A stretch of 62,102 nt of DNA, counting the filler, from Dugesia japonica (taxonomy: Eukaryota): NCBI GenBank assembly GCA_001938525.1. It is 6 parts of 6 records of this genome, joined end to end, with 100 filler letters (N's around TTAATTAATTAA, not from the genome) between each part and the next. Parts side by side here need not be neighbours in the genome. Positions count along the whole stretch, not along the records: positions 1 to 9,550 come from MQRL01637223.1; positions 9,651 to 20,202 come from MQRL01497406.1; 4 more parts are not named here. One strand, 5' to 3'. The notes under the pieces were generated by a model. That model was not told the DNA's origin and searched no databases. It saw only the letters and a list, made by a program, of their open reading frames with translations. Made by a program: the position numbers and the translations under genes. Below, piece after piece: positions 1 through 12,610 of this stretch. How positions within the stretch are numbered: the stretch's first letter is position 1; the number at the start of each line of letters is the position of its first letter.

Positions 1-96
1 ATTTTTTCAGTATCTCGAATTTTTTAATTTAAATTAAATTTTATAAAGAAATTAATATAATTTTTTGATGTATCGAATTTCGATAAATCTTATTTT

Positions 97-555
97 GGTA
101 CTTCCTTTTTAATTCACCGGAATTTTTATTTTTTAATTTTTTTTATTTAATTAATTTGTAATCTTTGTAATTTATTTATTTAATAATATATAAACAAAAC
201 AAAAAATTATTTAGTTGCATACACTAAATTTCCGAACAGAGATGTCTTGCTTACAAGTACATTGGTGACATTTCCAACGATCTTGTCGATCCATTAGCAA
301 TAAATCCATAAGATGATTGGTTGAACAACATCTTGCATTGCGAACAATATCATGCTGTTGTAAAAGTTCTACACTGTTTTCCTTGTCAAGAACCACAGCT
401 GACAACCGGAGAAAATTNNNNNNNNNNNNNNNNNNNNNNNNNNNNNNNNNNNNNNNNNNNNNNNNNNTAAATTTGAAAATTGATTTTTTTATTTATATTG
501 ACAATAAAAAAGTTATATTTAAAAATTAATTCCGGTGAATTAAAAAGGAAGTAAA
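97..555 (-). mobile_element. Internally deleted Merlin (IS1595/ISXO2-like) DNA transposon
   Basis: Perfect 26-bp inverted repeat TACTTCCTTTTTAATTCACCGGAATT at 99-124 / 528-553, preceded by GG on the left. The minus-strand ORF 211-405 (LQQHDIVRNARCCSTNHLM...DRWKCHQCTCKQDISVRK) resembles the N-terminal zinc ribbon of Merlin transposases. Confidence 0.75.
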
Positions 556-1811
556 TTTTTCGAAAAAACGAATAATCAGTTCGAACTTTTTGACTCCTTG
601 AAAAATATTTTTTGAAAAATTCCTATATGAAAAACAGATCGAGAANNNNNNNNNNNGATCGAGAATACTAACAATTTTCTTTTAACCTTGTAATTAATTA
701 AATTAATATCCTAAATATTAATAATAATTAATATTCTTTATTTAGTATAATTTGACAAATATTATTTCATAAACTACTAGATGATAAACAAGTAAAATTC
801 TTTTGAATGATTCTAACAAAAATTCATTAAAACAATGTTAAAGTACATAATGTCGAATTATATGTAGATAAATTGATAAAAATCATTTAGTAATTTATAA
901 ATACTTTTTGTAATTGTATAGAAGGTCTGGCGGGTGGAACTAGCGAGGGTTTTGGACCTCAAATAGAAGTTGACATTAAATTCATTGTACTACAAATGTT
1001 GATTTTGTTTTTAATAATAAACTAGTCTTTGGTTTGTGAAGGAAAGAATCTTCTTCAAAAAAAATCAATTATTTATTTACCAATCTTACCTATATCTATA
1101 CCTTTATGTAAATATATAATTACTACATGCGTAGAATTTTCATTTTATTTATATTATTTTGTCCTTCAAGTTTTTTACCACTGAATATTAAAATTTCATT
1201 GGCGTGTTAGAATATAATGGTTATTAATTATCAATTGTTAGATATTTCAGTGTGTTCAAATTTTTGATTTTTATTTGTTAAATCTCAATGAATTAAAAAG
1301 CTGAGTTCAAAAAGATCTTGTTGAATATTTTCTTATCTCTCAGAATTTTCGACAATACACTTTATTTAAAACCGAGTTAAAATTTTTTATCGTTCAGTTG
1401 AAATTTCTGTAAAATACTTTTCTTTTAAATTAAATTGAAATCAATAGAATTACGTTTTTACAAAGAAAAATGTGAAGTAATAAATATTAAAATTTTAAAG
1501 AAAATTTTAGAAATCGATTAAAAGAATATTTATAAATTTAATTTTATTACAAATTTATTTTAAAATAGATAAATATTTTTGAATTTATTTAATGAAAATT
1601 TCTAAGTCAATTTTGGTAATTTAAAATTGTTATTTAAGAATGAAAGAGTATTTTAAAATTTTAAATTTTTACAAATAAGTAAATTTAATAAAAAAAAAGA
1701 TTAAACAAATAATTTACAGATAAATTAAATTTTACAATATTTCATTTAATAATTTTATAAAAGAGTTACAGTAAATTGTTTTTACTTTGTTTAAATAAAT
1801 AAATATGTGTT

Positions 1812-2268
1812 CAGAGCCAGATTTACCTAAAGGCTAAGTAGGCCTCAGCCTAGGATCTCGAGTTCTAGGGAGGCCTCTATGTGAGATGTATTAAATTAAT
1901 GATGTTTGATTAATTGCTGTCATAACTTGTTGTAATTGTTGTTATACATGGCGGTAAGAAGATAAATAAATAAATGTTCTCTGATTTTTTATTTATTACC
2001 CTTGCCAATTTTTTTTAAAGGTTAAAAAATGCATAAATTTATTATAGACCATATGTATATAATAATTATTATATACATTATACTAATCAAAACATATTGC
2101 AGTTGACATATTGACATATTATAGTATTGATATGTTTTATTATAATTTTTCATGTTTACAAAAATGAAAATGGGATATGGAACGGTAGCACCTATAGAAT
2201 TCCGACTTTGTGGAGGGTCCTCATAATTAAAATAGTCTAGGGCTTCGCGTCATCTAAATCCGGCATTG
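1812..2268. mobile_element. hAT (Tip100-like) MITE
   Basis: Termini CAGAGCCAGATTTA ... TAAATCCGGCATTG form an imperfect TIR. The flanking 8-mers TATGTGTT / TTTGTGTT are an 8-bp TSD with one mismatch. Confidence 0.8.
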
Positions 2269-2720
2269 TTTGTGTTGTTATAGTTTTATTAATAAAGTTT
2301 TATGGAGTCATCTGATCTTTTAAATTCAACGATGAGTGGTACAGACTCATCTTACACTCTAATTTGAAAATTCGAATATCTAATATAAAAAACAGCAAGA
2401 AAAATCTATTTTGTCTAATTTATTTTAAACTGGAAAAATGTTATCAATGATTTAGGGTAACAATTATTCCATAAATAATTCCTGTGATTGTAAATATTTT
2501 TAAATTAATATTAAACTACAGTTAATCCTTTCTAATTCGAAAATTNNNNNNNNNNNNAAAAAAAAATACTATTCTAATTTTACTGATATATCGAATTTAT
2601 TCGAAAAATAGAATAAATGCAAATAATTTTTTTACTAATTCAGACTTTTTAACTCCTTTCAAAGCAGAATTTATTATCAAGCATCAAGTTGTAAAAAAAA
2701 ATAATTATTATGGAAAAGTT

Positions 2721-3190
2721 TTCATTAAATTAAAAGCTGCGATCAAAATATTGGTTTTCATTTTTTTAGTTCTTAATAGTAATTTGACATTTCGACTTTG
2801 CCTTCGTCAGTAATTGTCTATGAGATTCATTCAATATTTATTGTTAAAATAGAAATATTTTTTGGAATTAATTTATTTTATTGAATTTTAATTAGTTAAT
2901 TTATTTAATTGTGATTTTAAATTTATCCTCTTTAATTAGTAATTCTTCATGTTTTATCCTTTGAAGTGTGGAAAAGAAGTCTGTTACCAGTGTTTCCCAT
3001 GTTATGATGTTGTTTTGGTGAAATATTATGTTTGTGTTTAAAATGTTTGAAGACTACTCTTTTTGTTTCAGATGTTCCTTAATTCTTGTTCGGATGGTTC
3101 TGCATGTTTCCCTTATGTTTCTTATAATACTATCAAGAACTTAAAAAACCAAAAACAACAATTAGATCGAAGCTTTTAACTTAATGAAAT
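2721..3190. repeat. Degenerate inverted repeat pair, probable Tc1/pogo-type MITE interior
   Basis: 2721-2783 (TTAAAAGCTGCGATC...GTTCTTAATAGTA) is the approximate reverse complement of 3125-3190. A TACAGT pogo/Tigger-like terminus lies at about 2517. Confidence 0.45.
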
Positions 3191-4407
3191 CTCAATGGTT
3201 AAGTTCAACAATTATTCTCGTAATAATTTGATATAGAAAGGTTTGTTTTAAAAAATCCTTGGGCATCCTACTACAAAGTCATTTATTACGTTTTCATTAA
3301 TTCGATGTAGATTAATTATAAATTCGTGAAATTAACATGCAACCTTTATTTTTATTCATCTATGAATAATACTAATGTATACAAACGGGGAAAAATCTCT
3401 AATTCATTATAAATAATGATTTAATTTAAAGATTTTATTTTGTACACAAATCTATCGAGAAAGACACGACTTAGATTCTTCATTTCCTCCGCCATTTACT
3501 CTAATGATTCATTCAGATTTGTCTTTAGACACCAGTAGAATACGGATTAGTTTGAGACGGTGGAGAATAATAAACTATTTGTTATCAATAATAAAAAAAA
3601 CTCATTTAGTTATGTATCAACAGATTCGTTGACTATTTCCGAAAATAAAGAGTTGTAAGTAGAAATAATTTTTATCGTTGAATAATTATTTTTTTTTNNN
3701 NNNNNNNNNNNNNNNNNNNNNNNNNNNNNNNNNNNNNNNGTCGTCATTAACAATAATTATCTTTATTAGCGATTATTTAATAAAACAAATAATTTTTGTT
3801 TCGTTATTTAAATACATTATGGTTATAATTATAATTATTACAGAATTTCATTAGGAATGAGTCATTCTTTCAAAAACAATTTAATACCGAAATTTACAAT
3901 ATGTAGAAAATTATTTTATTTTACTAGTATTACCTGATATTATCGATCTGGTTTTAGAAAACTTGAAGCGATTTAACTATAATAAATAAGGAATTGAAAT
4001 TTTTATTATATATTAAGAATGTATAATATTTCTTTTTGATTTTTGTTAATAAAATCTTAATACATTTTTCAAGTTATAGAATTATTAAAAAATCAATTAA
4101 CCTTGTAACATTAACTTGTATTTATTTTTTAATCTTTATGTTGCCTTTTATAAAATTTATAGATAACTAAAAGTTAACATCATTGTAAGGATTAATTCTG
4201 TTTTTAAAATTTATTAATTTAGGAATTTTTTGCAACAATAATTTGCTTTTTATATTTTACAATTAACTGTTTACTTTTATTAGAATTTCGAATATTAATT
4301 ATGAGTTTCAGATAATCATTAAAAAATATAATCTAGTTTTAAATTACTTAAAGATTTTATTAATTAAAATAATAATTGATTAATAATTAACAAGAAAAAA
4401 TCATTAC

Positions 4408-4599
4408 TTCGTTTTTATCGATAAATTTCCAAGAATAATTGTTCAAAGGATTATGCATTTTTTCTGGTATTAAACAAACAGTTCGAGTTTTAGTTGGAGT
4501 TAATTTCAACTTCTTCCTGGGTGGAGATGAAGATGACATAACATCAATGTCATTATCGATTGAATTGTTCGTATTGATGCAATCAGATTGATCAGACAT
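4408..4599 (-). CDS. Probable first coding exon of a nuclear host protein
   Basis: ORF MSDQSDC...SSSSPPRKKLKLTPTKTR with a classical monopartite NLS. A GTAATG donor follows ...FIDKNE. Downstream exons were not resolved. Confidence 0.45.
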
Positions 4600-4699
4600 G
4601 TTTCATAAACTGTATAATAAAATCGATTGAAACATGACAAAATAAAGTTGCGAGTGTGAATAATTGCAATAATCGAAAATAGCTAGTGTCTGGTATTGA

Positions 4700-5950
4700 T
4701 GTAGTTACAGCGTCAGTGCAGGAAGTGATCTTTCGAGTCCAACGTAGACGGTTAACAAATAGACACAAATCCACCAATCATCTAACAGCAGGAAGATGGA
4801 GCGGAAGGAAGCTTATTTAGCTTTTGATCGACCCACGAAGGATAGGAAATAGACACAAATTAACACACTGACAAGAAGTAGCATACAAACACACTGGGTA
4901 ATTCATCAGGTCAATGCGGCCGAATAGAGTATAACATTTGGTTTGTATCAATTCGATAGTCTTATTTATAGTTAATAGTTGAATTACTGATGAATATCTC
5001 TATCGATGTGTGCGAGTTAAACACACGCACAATATTGTTGGATTAACACAAGGCAAGGAAATAGGAAAGACGACAGGAAGGAAGACGGAAACACACAAAA
5101 AATGAGTCACAGTTATGGTAATTTTCTATGTACTGATATTTGGGTTAGAAGAATACCATTGCTTTGTTCAGCAGAATTTTAAAGATATGTAATTTGATAA
5201 ATAAATTATACAGTTAAATAATAAAATAAAACTTACATCAAATTTGGAATTTCAACCAGAAATAGAATATATCCGATTTTTAATTGGTACAGGATGTATG
5301 AAAATAATAGTCCAGAGAAATTTTGCTGCACACTCACAAAAATAAGAGAACCTGATAAAACATTTGCGATTAAATTAGTGATTTCTAACTATTTGTTTGT
5401 TCGCTTGTATCAAAGGAAGCACAAAATTCCATTAAATGTCTTTTCTATTTCCTGATTAAATGTTATAAATCGTCTACAATCGACTAAAATTCTGTTGGAA
5501 AATAATTTGAGTGCTTCCTAATCACTGGATGTGTCTCTGCACCTGTAAGCTTTGTGTGTAATTTTTGTCGTCAGTTAATCAGCGTTTGTATGCACGACTG
5601 CTAATACTTCTACTAAAGCGTTACAATAATTCCTATGCGCTGATTGTTGGCAAAGCCGGATTTTGCAGGTAGATCTGCTGATGACTTCCTCTCTCATAGT
5701 ACGATACACACAACATTAACATTCACATCCGGACATTGACTAATGTAACCGGTAGTATTAAGCAACATCAGTGTCATCAAACTGGTTTTACTTTACTCAT
5801 TAAACATTAATTCTATTGCTTCGAATTTAACATTTTAAATTGATTTTTTTATAAATAAATTTCTATTATTATTGTTTAAATTAAATTCCCTGATTTATAG
5901 CATTTTCTATTGCGAATTAAATTTATTTGTAGGAAGGAATTTAGCTGGTT
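4700..5950. promoter_or_regulatory. GC-elevated cis-regulatory region with clustered ETS (GGAA/GGAT) motifs and an AP-1 site
   Basis: Motifs include CAGGAAGT, CAGGAAGA, GCGGAAGG, AGGAAAT x2, CAGGAAGG, CGGAAAC, CAGGATGT, CTGGATGTG, GACTTCCT and CACATCCGG. TGAGTCA lies at 5103. TATAAAT-like elements are on the minus strand at about 4965 and 5895. Confidence 0.5.
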
Positions 5951-7549
5951 TTCGTGTATGTATTACAGAACAATTTCGTGAATTTATTTTTTATTCGTTA
6001 TTTAAAATATAAATATTACATTTCAATTTTTGTAGAAAATCAAGAGAATACTTTTTTATATTACTGGGGTCATGTATACCAAAATTGAAATTAAAACATC
6101 TAACCTTTGGGTTTTAATTTGATATTTATTTTAAAAATAAATGATTCCAATTAGAATTGTTTGTAAAATACATTGCTAAATATTTTGGGCTTAGGTTTGA
6201 ATTGGTTTCAAATTCAATCAATCTAATGATTCGCTTTTACATGATTTTATGAATAATTACTTTATTTCAAATAGAAGCTTTTGTTTTTACCGAACCTTTG
6301 AAAATAAAATGGGAGTAAATTTTCAAATTTGATTAATAAATACTTGAGATTATTTTATTTGTATCAAAATGTTAATAGTAAAATTTTGATGAAATGTTAT
6401 TGGTTGCACACATACTACATTTTAATACACAAATAATGTGGTCAGTTGATATAAATATAAATAAAAAAATGCAATCATTATGGATTTAGAATCAGGTTTT
6501 ATCAACTTCAACTTTCAAAGTACATTATCATTTCATATTTAGAATTTACAATAATTTCAGCTATGTGGAGTTTCTAGGTTTAATAAATATGTTTTATTCA
6601 TTCACCGTTGTATTCTTTGTTTCAATCCGCCAATACAAATCGATTTCAATACTTTTCGTATTGATAGTTGAAAGTTTTCTTGAACTCAGATTTTCTAGTT
6701 AATTTCCAATTAAACATTTTACTGTTTATTTAGTTGATTTACGATTTATTTATTGAGATTTAAATATTTTATCGTCCATGTAAATATAATTAAATGATTA
6801 ATTTGTTTAACAAATTTACAAAACAATGACTCGGTTCTTTTAATCAATAATTAACAACTTCCAACCATATATTGATTTATTAAATACATTAAATTTATTG
6901 ATTATAATAAATATATTTAATAAAAATTTATTATAATTACAAGAGCATCACAAATATTTGTCAATATGATTTAAAATTTATAACAATGATGGATTGGGAC
7001 CCTTCATACATGATTTCCAAATCTGCGCATTTTTAAATATATTAATCTCTTTCTCTACAGGCTATATAATGATATGGAACGTCTAACCATATGAATATAA
7101 TTTATCAAGCAAAATGAGGAAATATGATTGAAGCAATCCATTCACTCAATCCTCAACTTTGGAAGAAATACTTGTTTATTTTGAAGAGCATATTTATCCA
7201 ATAATATTTTCATTGTTATCAATTTTTTGTAGTTTCTGAGACCTCAGTTGTAAGAAGCTTTCCATGCTTAAGAAGATTGAAGACTTACTTAAGAAATAAG
7301 ATAAATTGTTAGATTTAGCATTATTAAATATTCATATAATAACATATTCATATACAAACATTTTCGTAAAAATTATGGAAATTTTAAATATTTTTTTGAG
7401 TATTTTATTTATTCGGGTNNNNNNNNNNNNNNNNNNNNNNNNNNNNNNNNNNNNNNNNNNNNNNNNNNNNNNNNNNNNNNNNNNNNTAATCGATAATTAA
7501 TTAATTATAATACATTTCTTAATCAATTAATATCAAATAATATATAAAT

Positions 7550-7842
7550 CAAGGGTATACAACCCACCAAATGTTTTTCTGGCCCTCGGGAAAATTAAAA
7601 TACCACAAAAAACTGTACTGAAAACAATAATTTTGGCATAGAAATTATGTATTTACTGCCTTAGAATTTCATATCCATCGGACTACTTCCAAATACGACC
7701 TGTGACAGAAGAATACAGAGATGGGTGACTAGAAACTACTGTGAAAACGTGCTGTATAAATTAAATATATTATAAATTATAAAACATACATTTTAGAGAT
7801 TGCGGCCCTCTAAAATTTTAGAATGTTCAATTTTCACCCTTG
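7550..7842. mobile_element. hAT (Charlie-like) MITE
   Basis: Termini CAAGGGT ... ACCCTTG, internal GGCCC motifs and a perfect 8-bp TSD ATATAAAT (7542-7549 / 7843-7850). Confidence 0.85.
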
Positions 7843-8379
7843 ATATAAATAAATAAATTCTATAGATTATAATATATTCGATATTAAAATTTATTAATTA
7901 AATTATTTTACATAATTAATAATTGCAACATTAAATAAATTATTTATCAAAATTTTTATCTTCACTATATTTTCCAAGAAATTAATTAGCTGATTTAAAT
8001 TGTAATCATTGTTAATGTTCAATTTTCCACGGAATCATCAGTTGAAATCTGTCAAATTACAGAATTTATGAATAACAAATTAGATTTTAATAAAAAAGCG
8101 ACGTTTTACTTGTTAAGAAAAATTATCTGTAACAATGTAAACAAACACATTTTTATTTCTTTTAATACAACATATTGAGTAAAATAATATCACTTGTTTC
8201 TATTTCACATTTAAACAAAGCATTTATTTATTTATTTCCACTAAATCTCATCATTGATTCGATATCATTTCGTTAATAAATTCTAATATTAATATATTGT
8301 GAAATAATTATAGATAATTTCTTCGTTATGTGGCAAATGAAACTAAATTTAATAATTTCCCATTTAATACAAATAATAA

Positions 8380-8804
8380 GGCTTTTTCCGAAAATAGTAA
8401 ACTATCTTACTTTCATTTTCGTCCAAAATACGTGTTATGGCTTATTATCGGGAGATGTCTTATTTTTCAAGTTTTGCAAGATATATTCGTTTAATATTTA
8501 NTTATATATAAGAATTTCACATTTATTATTTTTATTTTAGCTAACATATGTACATTTTAGGTAAATTTAGGTATATGTTTATGTACATTTAAATTTATTC
8601 ATATATAATCATGTCTTCTTCTTCTGGAACATCGTCAAACTTATAACACAAATGAAAAATTTAAACAAAATGTATTTTTGATAATTATATATTTTTTCAC
8701 ATTAATTTATCTTAATCATATTTTTGGGGGATTATATTCTGAAAAACCTTAAAATCACACTAGGGCTTAATTTCGGAGGATGTATTATTTTCAGGAAAAG
8801 GCGG
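8380..8804. mobile_element. Tigger/pogo-type MITE remnant
   Basis: Termini TTTTCCGAAAATAG ... TATTTTCAGGAAAAGGCGG, with internal GGCTTATTATCGGG / GGGCTTAATTTCGG subterminal repeats. Confidence 0.5.
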
Positions 8805-9550
8805 TTGATGACAAGATTAAGATGTGAAAATTCTTTACAGTAAAAAATATAAATAATTGTGGGATCGTGAAGGTTGATGTAATGTTACCCTGATTCGACC
8901 TCACCGAGAAACATTTCAAACAATTTCACATAAACCAGCCAAATAAACCAGAGCAAATGAATTAATTACTATAATTTATTATGATTAATAAATTAGTATA
9001 AATTATTAAAATTTTATAAAATACTAATATAATCTTATTAATTATTACAAAATATTATTATTAAAACAATGCAATAAATGAATAATTTTATAATTTTAAT
9101 TCTTTTAATAAATATTTTATGTTGTAAATGTTATTTTTCTAATGAAAATAAAGTGAATAATTTATCACTACATTTTTTAAAAACTGTATAAAATAAACTA
9201 TTTAGTGCTACAAATGAAAATAATTATAAAAATATTTCAAATAATAAATTATTAGAAATCATTACTATTTTATTTCTCTTAAAAATCCATTTTCCCCTCT
9301 GATATTTTAATAAACCTTTTTGTAATATTTTCTAAAAATAAATTGTTTAAATTGTAAATTTTATATTATTTTATATTATTTTTTAATTTTATTTTATATT
9401 AAAATATTTTTTGTANAATAATTAACAAGCATTTTTGGTTAGGAAAAATAATCTTTTTCTGCAAAATAATTTGTTTCAATTAATCATTTTGTATATTTTA
9501 ATATTTCCAAAATGATTCAGATAAACAAAATCGAAAGAAATCAAATCTTG

Positions 9551-9650
9551 NNNNNNNNNNNNNNNNNNNNNNNNNNNNNNNNNNNNNNNNNNNNTTAATT
9601 AATTAANNNNNNNNNNNNNNNNNNNNNNNNNNNNNNNNNNNNNNNNNNNN
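9551..9650. other. Artificial scaffold spacer (44N-TTAATTAATTAA-44N); same spacer at 20203-20302, 30168-30267, 43646-43745 and 53800-53899
   Basis: An identical 12-mer with stop codons in all six frames is centred in identical 100-nt gaps five times. Confidence 0.95.
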
Positions 9651-11587
9651 CTGTTCTTCTCCGCTACTATCTATCTACTCGTATTAACCCAGAAAAGTGC
9701 ATTTTCCTTCAGAAAGAAATTAAATTCTTAGGACACATTATCAGTTCAGACGGAATTCGTATAGATCCGGTAAAAATAGATGCTAATAATTACAGGCATC
9801 TGTAATTATTATAGAAAGTTTATTCGAGGATATGCAAATAAAACTAGAAAATTGGAGCAGCTATGTAGCGGTCAAGGTAATATGAAGATAGTTTGATCTT
9901 TAGAGTTATCAGATGTGTTTAAAGAAATAAAGAAAGCTTTAATTTCAACAACAATTTTAGGATATCCGAATCTGCATGAGAAATTTATTTTAGACTCCAA
10001 TGCTAGCTTCGAAACGATTGGTGCGGTGCTGTCGGAGAGGGATGAAGACGGAAACAAAAGAGTGATAGCGTACGGGTCTCATGGAATGTCTACCCACGAA
10101 CAAGGATACTGCATAACTCGTAAGGAACCTCTGTCAGTATATTACTTTTGTTTAAACTTTAAACATTATTTATATAGTCGATGATTTATTTTAAGAACTG
10201 ATCACAAAGCAATCACGTTCATGTTGCACAAAAAACAAACAATCACATCGCAGTTCCAAACCTGGATTAATTTTCTAAGTAGTTTGGGCATGAAATTGGA
10301 ATTCAGGAAAGGTGGGAATCATGGCAATGCAGATGCTTTAAGTAGATTAAACTGTGATAAATGCGTACAGTGAAAATTGATACATAAGAAAGCAAAAATT
10401 GGAAAATTGAAGACAAAGAGACTAAGAGACACTGAGGGAATAAACGAGTTTGATATTGACATGAGCGGAAATAGAATGTCAGAGAAAATTTGGCTATCAG
10501 AGGAGACAATCGAGCAGAAGATTGTGGAGATTCATAAATCATTATGTCATGCAGATATAGAGAAATCCAAGGAATATATCTGCTCAAGATACGAAGGGAG
10601 ACAGTTAAGATCAAGAATTAAAGAGATGATAAAAAGCTGTATTTTCTGTCAAAAAGCTAAAGTTTCGACAATTACAAGACTCGAAATAACTAAAGAATCA
10701 GACAGTTACGCTCCGTTGAAAGTGATACTTATAGATATTTGTGACCCATTAAAAGAGACGAAGAATAGAAAGAAATACATCCTTGGCATAATCAACCAAT
10801 GTAAGAAGTTTGTAGTTTTATTAAGTTTAACTAGACAGGATGAAGGTACGATTCGAAATTGTATTTAGAAGCACTAGATTTTGAGATTTGGATGTCCAAG
10901 AGTGATACGTTCTGATTGTGGGAGGGTGTTTGAATGAAAAGAGATGAAAGAGTTCGCAGATAAAGGAAAGATTACGTAGCAAGTGTCGAGTCCTTATAAC
11001 CATAAGACAAACGGTCAAATCGGACGCAAATTTCAGACGATTAAAGATCTATTGAACGCATCGATGCTAGAAAGAGGAGCTTCAGATTGGGCAGACATCC
11101 TGCCGGAAGTAGAGTTTACGTTTAATGCGACAAAACAGAAAACTACACAATGTAGTCAGACAGAATTAGTATTTGGGAGACAGTTGTTAAAGGAAGGGTG
11201 GTGGTCAAAAGACAAAACGAAAACAAATCAGGTGACAGATGTGGCTGAGAATAAAAAAAGGCAGACAAGAAGGCATTTCCAAATAGGTGAGGAAGTACTG
11301 GTAGAAGTAGAATCTCGGGATAAAAACCAAGATCGGTATGAGGGACCGTGTGTAGTGATGAAATAGATTCATGAGAGACGTTATGTAGTAGAAAGGAAAG
11401 ATGGCATTTCCAAATAGGTGAGGAAGTACTGGTAGAAGTAGAATCTCGAGATAAAAACCAAGATCGGTATGAGGGACCGTGTGTAGTGATGAAAAAGATT
11501 CATGAGAGACGTTATGTAGTAGAAAGAAAAGATGGAAAAAATTGACGCGGAACATCAAAAAACGTAAAAATTCTGGAAGGAAGGAGA
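9651..11587 (+). mobile_element. Ty3/Gypsy LTR retrotransposon pol remnant (RT end, RNase H, integrase), frameshifted
   Basis: INPEKCIFLQKEIKFLGHII (RT), FILDSNASFETIGAVLSE and YCITRKE (RNase H), IHKSLCH...C..CQKAK (integrase zinc finger), SPYNHKTNGQ and YEGP (GPY/F). A polypurine tract GGAAGGAAGGAGA ends at 11587. Confidence 0.92.
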
Positions 11588-11880
11588 TGTCAGGATAAAT
11601 AAATGAATATTTTAAGTTTTAATTTGAGAAATTAATTTAAATAAATAAAGAAGCTGTTTAAATATTCAAAGTACTTGGCAGAAGATTGAAAAGTAAATAA
11701 AAAGAGTTAATAATTAAAAGGTGTAATTTATAATTGTTTTAGAATAAATATTTGAAAGCATGACTGACTGTTTACTGAATGAGTTCGTATGCTCTGTTGC
11801 TAATAATAATAATAGTTGAAACAAAGTAACAGTAATAATAAAAGGATAGAAAATAAAATTAATACCTGAAAATAATTGAC
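11588..11880 (+). mobile_element. Probable 3' LTR of the Gypsy element
   Basis: TGTCA starts immediately after the polypurine tract and AATAAA is present. The right boundary is uncertain. Confidence 0.5.
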
Positions 11881-12149
11881 GAGTGTGGCGCTCGCCAAAG
11901 TGAAAAATGAAAATGAACAGCTAATTATAACCTTTGAAAATCAATTGATCATTTATCAAGTTGACATGAGTAAACTCAAATTTGGTAACTTTTTTTTCGA
12001 AAACATCATACGTAACTCAAAAACTATCGAAAAAGATACTATTTGATAGGAATATTTACAGTGAGTACAAATAGCACAATTAGAAATCAACAAACCTTAT
12101 ACATAAAAAGTTATATAGAAAAAACAAGTACTTTATTTGGTAAGGAAAA

Positions 12150-12610
12150 AATTAGGGTAATATTGGTTAGGTTAATTTGGTTAATTTTTGGATAATTTGA
12201 TCATTTATTTACTCGGTTTAGGTAATATTGGTCAATTACTTACTCGGAAATGATCAGTTTGTTTAATTTTAGGGCGATTCAGTCGAATATTTACTCAGGA
12301 ATAAAAGTTTTGGATGATTTGGTCAATTATTTCCTCGGCTTGGTTGGTGGGGGTGATTCTTTTGTGATTCGTTAAATTACTTACTCACAATAATTAGATT
12401 TTGGTTGACAGTGCTCAGATTTTGGTTGATAGTTCTCAGATGTTAAATGATTTGGTCAATTATTTACTCATTGTGGTTAGTTTTGGGTGGTTTTTGGATG
12501 GTTATGGTCAATTATTTAAAAACAAGGGTAATGGTTCGATGATTTTGGGTAATTTTTTCAAGCTTCTTAGTTGATAATAATTTTCAAGCCATTTAGTTGG
12601 TGATAATGTT
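12150..12610 (-). repeat. Copy of the dispersed CCGAG-AAATAATTGACC repeat module (reverse orientation)
   Basis: Degenerate units GGTCAATTATTTACTCGG are the reverse complement of the units at 16390-17500. Confidence 0.75.

Noticed and set aside
921-950. Helitron 3' end (GAAGGTCTGGCGGGTGGAACTAG)
   Set aside because: No convincing hairpin precedes CTAG, it is not followed by T, and no 5' end was found.
5530-5710. Type III hammerhead ribozyme (TGTGTC ... CTGATGA ... GATACACA)
   Set aside because: The core order fits, but GAAA is GATA, stem II lacks a closing pair and stem I does not abut CUGAUGA.
6940-7300. Spliced gene exons (also 3430-3655 and 29000-29620)
   Set aside because: Splice-like signals exist, but I could not assemble a stop-free frame or recognise a product.
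9595-9606. Recurrent TTAATTAATTAA palindrome as a biological site
   Set aside because: It is centred in fixed N runs at five places, so it is an assembly linker.
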